Positions 1 through 11,117 of a stretch of DNA of 64,000 bases are shown here, piece by piece. This DNA is from Chlorokybus atmophyticus. Taxonomy: Eukaryota > Plantae > Mesostigma and Chlorokybus algae. The position numbers were made by a program, and so were the translations under genes. The notes under the pieces are model-generated. The model did no database searches, was not told where the DNA came from, and saw only the letters and a program-made list of their open reading frames with translations. The stretch is taken from assembly GCA_009103225.1 (NCBI GenBank), contig RHPI01003788.1, forward strand, positions 23,712-87,711, in the 5' to 3' direction. Numbering within the stretch: position 1 is the stretch's first letter; each line of letters opens with the position of its first letter.

Positions 1-1777
1 AGGACACTCATCCACGGCTGAGACTCACTGCCAAAATTTAATCTAGTCAAGCAAGAGACGAGATGAGCAACATATGGTTGTGATAAACATTTGCTATCAT
101 CGTGCTACAAGCTCAGATGTACTAGTACTGCTAGCGTTGTCATTGGGCGCTGGAGCTCCACACTCGACGCCGCTTGTTTTGAGGTCTTGAGAACTTGTGC
201 GACAAAGCATGCACATGCCGTTTCTATGCATGTGTGCATGCATGCATGATCTTGTGTGCATGCGGTTTTTATCAAGCCAAGGGGCGGCTGCACGCGTAAG
301 CCCTCTTGAAGCTTTCTGTGTTTAAGGCAAGTCCATGCTAAGCAAAGGGGCAGCCTCGTGTGTAAGCCCTCATTTTCATGCTCAGTGCGAACTTTCCTCA
401 AGCTCTCTTGCTTAACTTAGAGCTTAGAGCTGTTTGTTTTGGGATCAAAACTCATGCATGTTTCAAGGTGCAACATAAATTGCTGTCATATATGTTTTCA
501 TGCATACTTGTATGTGCATGCTGCGCAATCAATGCTGAGGGGGCGGTCTCAAGTCTTACACAATGTGCTCGAGGGAGTTCACAAAGTTTCCGTTTATAGT
601 CAACCATGCCTGGCAATAGCACAATTTGACGCCGTGCATTCTGTCAGCACGGCTATCACACATAATCAACTACACGGTCGATTAGAAGGAAGGGAAAAAA
701 GGGACACAATGTTCGGAGCACATCCTGGCTGAGCGTGAGGGTTGTAATCTTGTTTTATGGGTGTGGTTTATAACCGTTACATCAGTATGTGGTTTGAGTT
801 GTGTTTTACTAATTGATGCCTTACATGTTGTGGCCGCCACAACAGGCTGTGCAGTTGTGCAAGGATTTGATTAAGCATTAAACGTAACTTTGGGGTGAAA
901 GTAGCAAAATGAGGGTACATATGTATGTGTGCAAGAGTCGTCTCCTTCTGCTTAACGGCTCTGCCGCTGCTTCCCCTCTGAAGGGGGAGTACCTTTGCTG
1001 ATTGTGTGCGTTTCTTCACTACTACTACTCCGCCCCTCCCTACCCCCCTCCCCGATACCGGTCTCATGCACGCCCCCGCGATTAGCCCATGCGTTAGTTA
1101 TAAGCTCACTAATCAGCTCCCTTGTCGCCCCCTTATCCCTCCTCCTCGGCCCCCCTCGCATTGGTAGCATTAGCAGTAGCAGTAGTTATTGGTAGTGTTG
1201 TCGATGATGTTGCTATTATTGCACTGCTGCTGTGTGTGGTAGACTGATTGTATGAATGCATAGTAATAGTTTAACGAGTTGCGCGAAACGCGCTTTGAGA
1301 GGGCACAAACATGTGTACATTGGCAAACTAGTTTGAGAGTCTTACTATGTATTAATTATGTATTAAGTGCATGTGTGACGACATTGCTAGTAGGTGAGTC
1401 TCATGCTAGTTAAGCGCGCCTGTTTTGGGTATGTGCGGTTGTGTGTTTAAGAGGAACAGCGAGGGAATTGATGGCATGCAACACATGCCACCCATAGCAC
1501 ACGCAACACAGTACTGTCAATAGCGGTATATTGCTAGCCAGCGGCACACACCAACATGACATGCATGTCTATCACACATACGCACTTCCAACCACACCGG
1601 TTGGCGTCAAAGGAGCAGGATTGGTCCGTACCCTCGGACCATCATTTTTCCTCTGGTAAGTGAATTTTGTGGACTATTTATGGTCCGACTGTCATTGAGG
1701 GGAGCGCATGCTGTCCACCATGCATGGTCTAAACCTCACATGAACGGTACCAAGTTTTCCATGAATGGCACCATGTA

Positions 1778-1860
1778 CAGTCTACACCCGCTATAAAAAG
1801 CACGTTTATCATTTAGCTTTTCATTCCATTAACGGAGTTATTCTCTTGGCGCTTACACAT
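1778..1860 (+). mobile_element. Orphan left terminus of a pogo/Tigger-family (CAGTCTAC-ended) non-autonomous element
   Basis: TA followed by CAGTCTACACCCGCTATAA, the same terminal motif as the TIRs at 2468 and 39646. The next ~85 bp (..AGCTTTCATTCCAT.AACGG.GTTATTCTCTTGGCG.TTACA) is closely repeated at 61570-61655. No matching right end was found. Confidence 0.6.
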
Positions 1861-2186
1861 ATATATATATAATGTTCACATAGTATATATTCCACTAGCA
1901 AGGGTATTGCGTAATAACCTCAAGCCATGTCGTTGTGTATTGATGTGGCATAAATAAGCCTAATATATTGTTAATAACAATAAAAGAGTATATAAAACTC
2001 TATATGAGATTTGTAACATGTTTATGCTAGTATCAATGGTATAAGCATGCCAGTAACGAACTATATCCTTGATATAAGACTAAGCCACTACAATTTTTAA
2101 GCCTTCGCTTTAGTCTTATTACAGATAAGACTATATCACTAGGCGATGATATTTGCCTGTAAAACCATCGGTCTTCAACAAGTGTA

Positions 2187-2460
2187 TGAACTTAACGAGG
2201 TTAATCTCTTCAACCGAAGTTCGCATCAAGACCCGGCAGCGGACCAGGGACTAGATGAAAGAATCACGAACTAATCACTGGTCCGGCAGCGAAGCTTGAA
2301 CCGCAATAAATAATAATTGGCTTTGCGAGTAATTTCCTCAGAAGTGGCTTGTTCTTCTGCTGACGGCACCGGCGACTCACCTATAGCGCACGAGGCCGCG
2401 GCGGTTGTTAACAAATCTTGAACTTAACGAGGTTATTCTCTTACCCCGAAGTTATCGAAC
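2187..2460. repeat. ~230-bp tandem unit; the second unit is split by the pogo element and resumes at 24389-24595
   Basis: TGAACTTAACGAGGTTA.TCTCTT..CCGAAGTT occurs at ~2187 and ~2419. Segment 2223-2415 (GCATCAAGACC...GAAGTGGCTTG.TCTTCTGCTGACGGCACCGG...CTCACCTATAGCGCA.GAGGCCGCGGCG) recurs, diverged and in the same orientation, at 24389-24595. Confidence 0.65.
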
Positions 2461-2835
2461 GGGGGAACAGTCTACTCGGGCTATAAGTATCGTCTTTGTA
2501 AGTATAAATGCCCTATAAACATGAATTTCTAGGGAACCGATGAATTCCTTGGAAAATGTTGTTGGTTATAAGTAATACACATATTCACATAAACATATTT
2601 ATTTGGGGAAAATCTTACAAGTTTTAGCAGGGAACATACTTTTAAGGAAGTGTACTGTCGACGTCGCAGCGTCACGCAGCGATTTTATGACAGCGTCACA
2701 AGACCGCTGTGTGACGCTGCTGCGCACGCCAGCCAGCGTCAAGCGGCGGAGATGCGCCGCCGCTTGGCGGCCGCCTTGGGGGGCGGCGCAGGCGGGGGCG
2801 GCGGCGGCAATGGTGCATCATTACCCTCCATAAAC

Positions 2836-3459
2836 ATGAACATGGACATGGAGGACGACAGTGACTTCAGCAATGGTTCGGCTGAGGCGCTGTTTGATGC
2901 AGGCGATGGTGCTGATGCTAGTAGCGCTGCGCCTGCACGAGGTGCCGCAGCAAAGCGCGGCGGGCGTGGTGGAGGAGGCCGCAAGTAAGTTGTGCATCAA
3001 CATGATTACAAGTGTGACATTCTACAGGTGTGAGTTAATAATTTTTTGTGTATGCGTGCAGCAAGGGCATCAAGCGTCGAGCATACACTGTCAATGAGAA
3101 GCAAGCGATTATTGCATTGGTTAACGCACACCCTGGCGAGAAGCAGAGCGACCTGCAACTCATGATCAACGACAAGTTACGGCTGACACTCAGCCAGCCA
3201 ATACTCTCTGAAATTTTGCGTTCAAAGGATAAGATTGTCAAGGGTATAGCTCAGGCTGGTGAGCGTGGTGTAGTGTTCAAGAAGGTTAGGCAAGCACATT
3301 ATTCTGAATTAGAAGCAGCACTGTATGCATGGTTTGGGCAAGCTCTGTTGCGCAAGGCCACATTAACTGATAAGGTCTTAATTGCCAAAGCACGAGCTCG
3401 TACCGATGCCGCTAGTATAGACATAGCATCAAGCTTCTCATTTGCTTCGGGCTGGCTTG
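2836..3459 (+). pseudogene. pogo-1 transposase, 5' part (CENP-B/Tc5-type HTH domains); exons 2836-2984 and 3062-3459
   Basis: The GT-AG intron 2985-3061 joins in frame (AA|C). The protein KRRAYTVNEKQAII..ARQAHYSELEAALYAWF..LTDKVLIAKA..FSFASGWL is typical of HTH_Tnp_Tc5. Removing the CACTA and one TTG restores G-W-L-D-G-F-K-K-R-H-G-I-K at 14403. The start could also be the ATG at 2752. Confidence 0.9.
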
Positions 3460-4622
3460 CACATGGCGCCTGCAGTGCGTGCCGTTCACGGCACAAGCAG
3501 TCAACTTTTTCGGCGCAGACGGCACAACCAGGCTCTTCTGTCGGGACTTCTTGGTAGAAAAAGCTGTCCGCGGTCGGTATGCAGCTTGCAGTCTTGTGCC
3601 GGCATCGGCGCCTTTGCTCCCTTGTGCCAGTGACAGCACAAGATAGTCCAAGCTGAAGTCGGCACAATAGAGTTGGTGCCGTGATCGGTACAAGGTTCCA
3701 CATCCCGATCACGGCACGAGACCAGCTATCCGCTGACGGTTCGCCAATCATTGTGCCGCTACCGGTGCAGAAAACTTATGCCGAGAGCGGCACAGTAGAC
3801 TTGTACCGTAGCAAAGCAGCAGCCTTCTCTCCACCTGCGCTGTGACCGGCAGCGGATTACATTAGTGGCTTGTGCCGAGAACGGCACAACACCCTCGTAC
3901 CGACCAGCAGCCTTGGAGCTGAGCTGAGCTGGGCCGGAGCTCGAGCTGAGCTGCATTGTTGGAGAAAGAGAAGGAGGCGGCGGCGCGAGCTGCTGCTGCT
4001 GGTTTACTTTGAGAAGCTAGTGGCGTGAGCTACTGCTGCTGCTGCTGCTGAGCTGCTTATGAGAAGAAGCTGTTTCTACCATGAAGCAGATCTGCCAGAA
4101 TCGCACAGCAGCTGGAGCTGGAGCTGAGCTGCGGCAGGTTGGATGAAGCGGTGTCTGGATGCTTGGGTTCTTGAGGACGATAGCTGAGCTGCTGCTGCTG
4201 TTGAACTGAGCTGCTGCTGTGGAGCGGAGCTACTTCTGCTGCAAAGCGGAAGTGCTGCTGCTGCGGAGTAAAACTGTTGCTGCGGCGGAGCGGAGCTGCT
4301 GACAAGCTGCTGCGGAGAAGGAGCTATTTTTGCTCACGAGCTCTTGCTGGCAAGGCCTATGTTAGCTTGATATTGTTGCTTGATTTGCTCTGTCAGTGAG
4401 GCTTGGTCGAGAGTGTTCCCCTTACAGTCTGGTAGCTTGCTGCTGGGCGTCTTGCATGCAGTCTCACATTTTCAAGGTGAATGCTTGCAGTTGCTCCGTT
4501 TCGTTTGCTAAATCCAAGATATCAGTGACCGCTGCTGCCAACTATTAGCCCCCAAGTTGTCCGTCATACGCTGTCACTGTTAGCAGTATTCAAGTCCGAC
4601 TTACACGCTATTATCTGCAGCC

Positions 4623-7580
4623 ATGGCATTACGCATTGTTCAACAGTCTGCATTTCTGCGCGAGCGTGAGCAGTTTGATGAAACGCTTGCACTAATCAAG
4701 CATGCTGGTGGGAAGCCACGCAAAGCCAGTGTACGTGCTAAACGGTCAGTGCTTAAAGAGATGAGGGCCGCCCAGCAAGCGCTTCCAACAAACATCAGCC
4801 CGCACCTCACTGGAGGAGGAGGTGATTTGCAGCTGCCTGCACCTGCGTTTGCCTTGGAGCATGAGCCTGCACCTGCATTTGCCTTGGAGCCCGAACCTGC
4901 ACCTGCATCTGCCTTGGAGCCCGAGCCTACGCCTGAAGATCAACCACACCTGTCCAACCAGCAGACAGCAGAACAATCTTCTCCAGAGATGCCGGACTTT
5001 GGAGCCGCCGAGCAATCTGATCATTTTGGCAACCAAGAGCCTGAGCCTGAGCAGCCTCCAACCTTCAGTCGCGACCTTTGCCTCTGCTCCAAGTGCAAAG
5101 GCTTGGTAAGTTGCTTCGCTTGGCCTGCGCTGATGAACAAGTGACCATGCATGCACGTTGCTTACACACCCTTACTGTGTCGCAGATCATGCAGCCGCGC
5201 TTGGTCATCGATGCGCACTTAGCCAAAGACGAGGCGGCCAGACGGCTGAGGAGCATTCCCACTGTGCAACCCACTTTGGACAGCTTTGATGCAGACAAGT
5301 TGCCTGATCTGCAGCAGGTGTCTACAACTTACCTGGACAAGATAATCGAAATCTCATCCATCCTAGACGAAGCTGGAGTCTCGCAAGACTGCTTCAACAA
5401 ACTGCTCCCTGACCTCTTTAAAGGCGAAAGCTCCCTGATGGCTTTGACTAAGGGATTGTTGGATGAGAAGAGCGAAGGCTTCAAGCTGCCTACTACTTGC
5501 AAGAGCCTGATTGGCATGTTTGAGCGCATGGGGATGCCTTCAACACTGCATTATTCTGTCTGTGCCTGCGGCCACCTGTTCGACAAGCCCTATCCAAATG
5601 CTGAGCTCGTTGTGCAAGACGAAGACTCGGTGCGCTCCAGCTATCGGCAGCGCGAGAAGGAGCGCAAGGCCATGGCAAAAGAACAGTGCCCAGACTGTAG
5701 TCAGAAACGCAAGGAAGGCACGAGCTTCTACTACCTCCCTCCCAGGCCAAGGTTGCATCTCATGTTGGGCGTGCCAACCATCTGTCATCAATGGCTCCAG
5801 GCCTGGCTGCACCGGGAGTAGTGGCTTGACAAAGATCCAGCAGTACCTCCTGCCAGTCAACATGAAATCTGGGATGGAGCTCGTATGAGGGAGATCTCCG
5901 ACTTCTTCAACCCCAAGAAGACCTACTGGCTGCCAGTCAGATGCGAGCACTGCCAGACAATTCACAGACCAGGTCACCACTTCACTGAAGGCGACAGTGA
6001 TGATGGGCCGCAGTGGAGGTTTCGGTGTCGCACCTGCGAGCATGTCACCTGTCCTTTCAAGCATATGGCCTGCGGTGACCCGAGGAACCTCATCTTCATT
6101 GGCCACTGGGACGGCTTCACCACAGCTAGCACCAGCCCCCGCAACACGCTGATGATCAAAGTGGCCATCTTGAACGGAGGCAAGTTGTTGAGCGCACAGA
6201 CGTCTTCGCTTCTTCCTATGGGTTTTGTGCCCAACGATTAGCTTCCCAAGGGGGTTGACAACATGGACCCCTTTCTGAAGCCACTTATAAACGAGCTCGA
6301 ATCACTACTGCTTGAGGGCTTCACCTGCAATTATGCCCTCCCCACCTCTGAAGTTTGCCCTGACCTGCACTTTCAAGCAGCCGGTGCTACCACGCGCTTG
6401 CGTGCGATGCTGCTCATCTGGGCTGGTAATCACCCAGCCCAGTGTCAAATACTGAAGTTGAAAGATGGTGGCATCTTGGGCTACCGCAGATGCTGGTGTA
6501 AGGCCCAGCCCTACATGGAAGAAGCCCAAAGGCCTGTAAAGCGCAAGGCTGCTCCAGAGTCCGACGACGAGCAGGTAACTGCTTGCAAGAAGCAGAAGGC
6601 TGTTTCCAAGTCCAGCAGCCAGGTAAAGTCTGCTAGCAGGAGTAAGAAGCAGGCGGTTGAGAAGAAGAAGAAGAAGAAGAAGAAGAAGCAACCTGCCAGC
6701 AAGAAGCGTGCTGCTGCATCAACCAGCAATGGTCCAGCTGGTCCTAGCAACTCCCAAGCAGTGGAGCTCAACACCTACCAGAAGAAGGTCTACCGCTACG
6801 ATTAGAACTTCATGCACTCACGACATCCATGGCCCGAGAGAGAAGAACAGGTCTTGTCGCCAATACGTCATGTACACAGACACAGCTGGTGCCTTGTACC
6901 GTGACCTTGACACAAGGTTGGCCCTGGTGAAGGCTTTGAGCTCCGACGAAGTATGTATTCCAGCTGACAGACTCCTGCGAAAGTTCATGTTGCTGCCCAG
7001 TCGGCAGACCAAAGCTGGTTCCAAGGCTGACAGAGCTCCGCAACTAGCATATGATCTGCAGAACCCTGACCTGCATGTCAAGGCCGGCGATGTTGATGTC
7101 CCCATCTGGCCTAAAGTCGGCGAGGTGGTGCAAATACGCGATCAAGCCAAGTCCGTTTGGGACTTGAAGTTGCCCACAGAACCTGCAATCGAGTTTTGCA
7201 TGGAGTTGCAGGAGCAACTCAACGACAGCAATGCACGCGCAACCCAGCAGCCACGTCGCAGTAAGAGAGCAAACACGCGCAAGGCACCTGCCGTGGATGA
7301 AGACTCACAAGAAGACGCCTGCGACGAGGATGATCCGGGACCTTGGTATGCTGTGATTAGGAACATATTAGAGGAGGACAAGCAGGTTGAGGTCGATTAC
7401 CTTGCACGCATCGCGCCCGATGTTTGGAGGGTGAACGACAACCACACTGGCGAAGTTGTCGGGAGGCTTACCTTGTGCAAGCTCATGCATTGGGTCAAGC
7501 TTGATCATGATACTTGGCGCGAGCAGGGCCAGTCCTACCCTCACATCAGCAAGTTTCGCAACTACCATGTGTACGCGTGA
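4623..7580 (+). pseudogene. CACTA/EnSpm-type transposase (Transpos_assoc-like CxCxxC..H, Transposase_21-like core, C-terminal Tudor-like barrel), inactivated
   Basis: Intron 5106-5185 is phase 0 and gives CLCSKCKGL|IMQPRLVIDAHL. Motifs include YSVCACGHLF..CPDC..FYYLP, EIWDG, GHWDGF, DPFLKPLINELESL and LRAMLLIWAGNHPAQC..GYRRCW. In-frame TAG stops occur at 5819, 6239 and 6803, with a frameshift near 6860. Confidence 0.85.
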
Positions 7581-7703
7581 TTAAGGTGAGCTGTGCCTTG
7601 GCATGCAGTCTGGTTTTAAGCAGAAAAGGGCTTGTATATATGTAAAGCAGCATCACTGTAAGTCGCTCCTAAGCCACGCAATCTACACATAACTATCACC
7701 ATA

Positions 7704-10699
7704 CTAGTGCGTGTTGCAACGTGGAGGACCACCTCGTCGTCTCGCTGGAGGTTCAGCTTCTTGTCCGCCAGTGGACTCTGCTGAAGATCCATGCATGACC
7801 AGCGAGAAGCCCCTACCTCTACCTCTGTGCCCATGTCCACGTGGAGCAGAAGGCAGTAGAGCAGGACGAGCAGCTGGAGGTGTAGTATCCTCGGGAATCG
7901 CAGGCAAAGGCATGGCTCCTCTACCTCCAGGCAGCAGAGCGGGAATAGCAATGAGAGGTGAAGAAGGCATTGGAACTGCTTCCAATGCTTGAGGCACAAC
8001 GTAGGTTGGAGACACTTGCAACCTATTGAGCTGTGCGCGGTAAGCTGTGATCTCTCTCTCTCGCTCTTGAAGCTGTGCCCTGTACCTCCTGATCTGCCTG
8101 TCACGCTCCTCTACCTGCTCCCTGACACACAGATGTAACTCCGACATGTTGCTCCACCAGGCCTGCAACGTTCTGATCTACCTGACACGTTCCTGGTACC
8201 TCTGTTGCAGATCTGACATTTGCCTCATGAGGTCAATGTCTTGAACTGGGTTTTGTGGGGGTGCTGGCAATATCTGCTGCTGCTGCTGCAGCTGCTGCGC
8301 CAGATACTCCTCTAGCGCGAGGAATGCGTTTCCCGGGGGAACCCCCAGCACCTCCTCCTCCTCCTGCTCCTCATCCTCGCCGGCTTCTGCAACCACAGCA
8401 ACCGGTCACCTTTCACAAGCTCACAAAGCATGTAATCCCCATCTTTTGAGCTAATCTTACCGGACCTACCCTCCATGTGTTCTTGGAATTCGAATTCTTT
8501 CTCTTGCTAACACACATAAACAAGCTCAGTCTCTCCTACAGTCTCTCCTACAGTCTCTCCTGCAGTCTCACACATTCACTGAGAAAAACTTACGAGCAAT
8601 AGCTGGCAGCGGGAGCGGGAGCTGTCGTGGCAGCGGGAGCGGGTTCTTTCTCCTCGTCCTCGTCACTGGAAGCTTGTTCTTCCTGCTCTTGTTCTTCCGA
8701 CTCAATTAGAGTAGTGGAAGGTGAAGGCTGTGAGGTCCCCGCAGCAAAATCTGAAGGCTGTGGGGCCACGGTCACCCCTAATAGCGCAGCCTCCTGCTGT
8801 AGCCATAACAGCGCCTCCTCCCTCCTTTTTTTCTCCTCCTGCTCCCTCCTCTTTCTCGTCTCCTCCTCCAGCCTCCTCTTCCGCTCCTCCGCATGCTGCT
8901 CCTTTTCTTCCTCTTCATCCTCCGGCGTCTTCAAGACGAACCCTAAGCGTGCAGCCTCCTGTTGTAGCCGTGCGATCGCCTCCTGTCTCTTCCTCTCCTC
9001 CTCCTCCTTCCTCTTCCTCTCCTCCTCCTCCTTCCTCTTCCTCTCCTCCTCCTCCTTCCTCTTCCTCTCCTCCTCCTCCTTCTTCTTCCTCTCCTCCTCC
9101 TCCTGCCTCCTCCTCTCCTCCTCCAGCTCCTGCTGGCTCCTCGCCTCCACCTCCATCGCCTCGGGTCCCGGCAGCGACTGGAAGCTACTTGTTAAAGCTT
9201 GTTAAAGACCACCCGCCAGCATCCACCTGATCTCCAAGAGGTGCTGCTCGTTGATCTTTACGGTGTTATGGGTCTCGCGCGGCAGAGCTGAGGGAGTGTT
9301 TGCCTCTTTGCGTAATCTGTCCTCCAGCACCTTGCGCTCTTTCTCCAGCTTTTCGCGTGCAGTGCGCAGCTCCTTGTGCTCCCTGGCAGCTTCTTTCAGA
9401 AGAGCCTTGGCTGCTGCCTGCAAGCACATACAACTCAAGGTGAGTGTACCAGTCAGTGTATCCCCTGCAAAATGCACGAAGAGTAAACACACCAAAGACC
9501 TTGTCCAAGTCTAGCTGTTTTCTTTCAGTCTTCAAGATTTCACGACAAGAATTCATGTTGTCAAGAACAGTCAGCGAGTGTGATCTCTCCGTTTGGATGG
9601 TGTTCCGCAATTGTTGCAAGCTCTGTTTTTCCTCAGCTGCAAGGTCTAGCATTCTCTCCACGCGTTTAGACATTAAAGACATCTTCTTGACAGCCTGTGC
9701 CATTCGTAAATGTGCACCAATGAAGCGCAAACTGAAGCAATCAAGACCAGGTTGTGGACTTACCTCGTTCAAGTTGTCCACAAGCTCCTCGGTGGCCAGC
9801 ACCATGTCCCACGTAGGGTGTGCCAGTTCTGTGGGCTTGACATGCGCCTGCAGGGCAAACGCATTTAGTCAGTCAGTGTGCATCCGTCAGACCCTACATC
9901 CACAAGCTTGGCTGCATGTAGCTGCTTGCTTACACTTCCAGACCGCGTTGCTTTGGTAGACTTTGCTGGCGTTTGTGGAACTGAAGGCTGGCCGTTCTTC
10001 CTGGAGGATGATGCTTGTCTTGGCTTTTTTGCTGGGGTCTCAGCTGCTGGTGGTTCCTCCTCCTCTGATTCCTCCTCATCCGACACCTCCTGCTCCTCCT
10101 CCTGCTCCTCCTCCTTCCCCTTGTCCTTCTGCTCTGATGCAGCTGGATTGGGAGGATGCGTGTACACCCATTTGTGCCCGGTTGAAGTCTTCTCCAGCTT
10201 CCAACCTTCGGGGGGGCCGCTAGGTCCCCAATCTTCCGGTTTTGCCAAGTGCTCACTGTCTTGTATGGGTAGTTACTTCAGCTTTACAGATACATAAAAA
10301 GACAGAGATGCATACACAGACAGAGATACATACAGCTAGCAGCAGCATACCTACAGCAGCAGCATACATACAGATAGCAGCTTAGACACAGACAATAAAA
10401 CATGCAAAAATGCAACTATGTAAGCATGAACCAAGCAAGCTCACCTTTATCTGCTGCACAACTTGGTCGGTGAGCTGCTGCAACTTGGAGCCGTGAGGGA
10501 GCTTCTCCTTGGGCGTTGCTCCTGGCAGTTTCTCGAACTGTTCAGGGCCCACACAAATCTTGGTGCAGGTGAGGGAGCCAATGTGCTGCTTGACCTTGCT
10601 GACAACGGACCTCTGCAACAAGACTTGACAATATTTGCAGCGCCTAGGCTGCTCTGCACCAGACTGCCATTATGCACTAGCCTCTGCCTTGCCCTTCAT
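7704..10699 (-). pseudogene. CACTA cargo gene 2 (multi-exon): BED-like Zn finger, WW-like motif, acidic tracts, coiled coil with (EEEERKRK)n
   Basis: A chain of same-strand ORFs (10382-10699, 9865-10248, 9266-9805, 9202-9495, 8590-9156, 8178-8396, 7704-8168) is separated by GT-AG-like short gaps. The N-terminus reads YWQSGAEQPRRCKYCHVLLQRSVVSKVKQHVGSFTC in copy 2; copy 1 has TAA at the Tyr. The exon model is not fully resolved. Confidence 0.6.
8980..9125. repeat. 24-bp tandem repeat encoding EEEERKRK on the minus strand
   Basis: CTCCTCCTCCTCCTTCCTCTTCCT is repeated several times; ORF 8590-9156 translates as EEEERKRK repeats. Confidence 0.85.
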
Positions 10700-10845
10700 G
10701 CTTGCTATGCTCAATACGCTGCAACAGCTCAACGCTTCACAAACCGAGGCCACCAAGCACGCCGCCGCCACACACAGGAATAGCCGTTGTATGTCCTATG
10801 TATGCTGCTGTGGCTATTTATTACTNATATTTATTACTCAGAAGT

Positions 10846-10881
10846 CCTAACCCTAACCCTAACCCTAACCCTAACCCTAAC
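10846..10881. repeat. (CCTAAC)6, a TTAGGG-type telomere-like repeat inside the CACTA, between divergent genes
   Basis: Six perfect units here and four units at the equivalent site of copy 2 (34923-34946). Confidence 0.9.
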
Positions 10882-11064
10882 TTGTGCGCAGCTGACTTCT
10901 GCGCAGTAAGACTCCGCAGAAGCACAGCTGTCCGCAGTGTTTCGACGGCGGCGGTGGCGGCGGCGGAGGTGGCGGTAGTGAAGGTGGTGGCGGGAGTGAA
11001 ATCGGTGGTTGACTATTTTGCGTCTTGGCGTTTCCGGGCCTACTTGCTAGGTTGCGGTGCTGGA

Positions 11065-11098
<34 letters not shown>

Positions 11099-11117
11099 NG
11101 TGCTGCTCTCAAGCACA

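Noticed and set aside
1590-1612. CACCGGTTGGCGTCAAAGG as a possible relative of the Academ TIR
   Set aside because: The similarity is too short and gapped, and no partner end or coding region supports it.
1-1770. Short ORFs in the first 1.8 kb
   Set aside because: No recognisable motifs or splice-consistent model; low-complexity TGCA/CTA-rich sequence.
2836-3459. Domesticated CENP-B/Jerky-like host gene
   Set aside because: It is flanked by TIR-like ends, interrupted by two insertions and missing part of the DDE domain, so it is a dead transposon.
8627-10297. Long plus-strand Ser/Pro-rich ORFs (8627-9205, 8721-9230, 9878-10297)
   Set aside because: They are antisense shadows of the Glu/Lys-rich minus-strand gene.
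10846-10881. Chromosome end or telomere healing site
   Set aside because: Only 4-6 units, internal, and present at the same position in both transposon copies.
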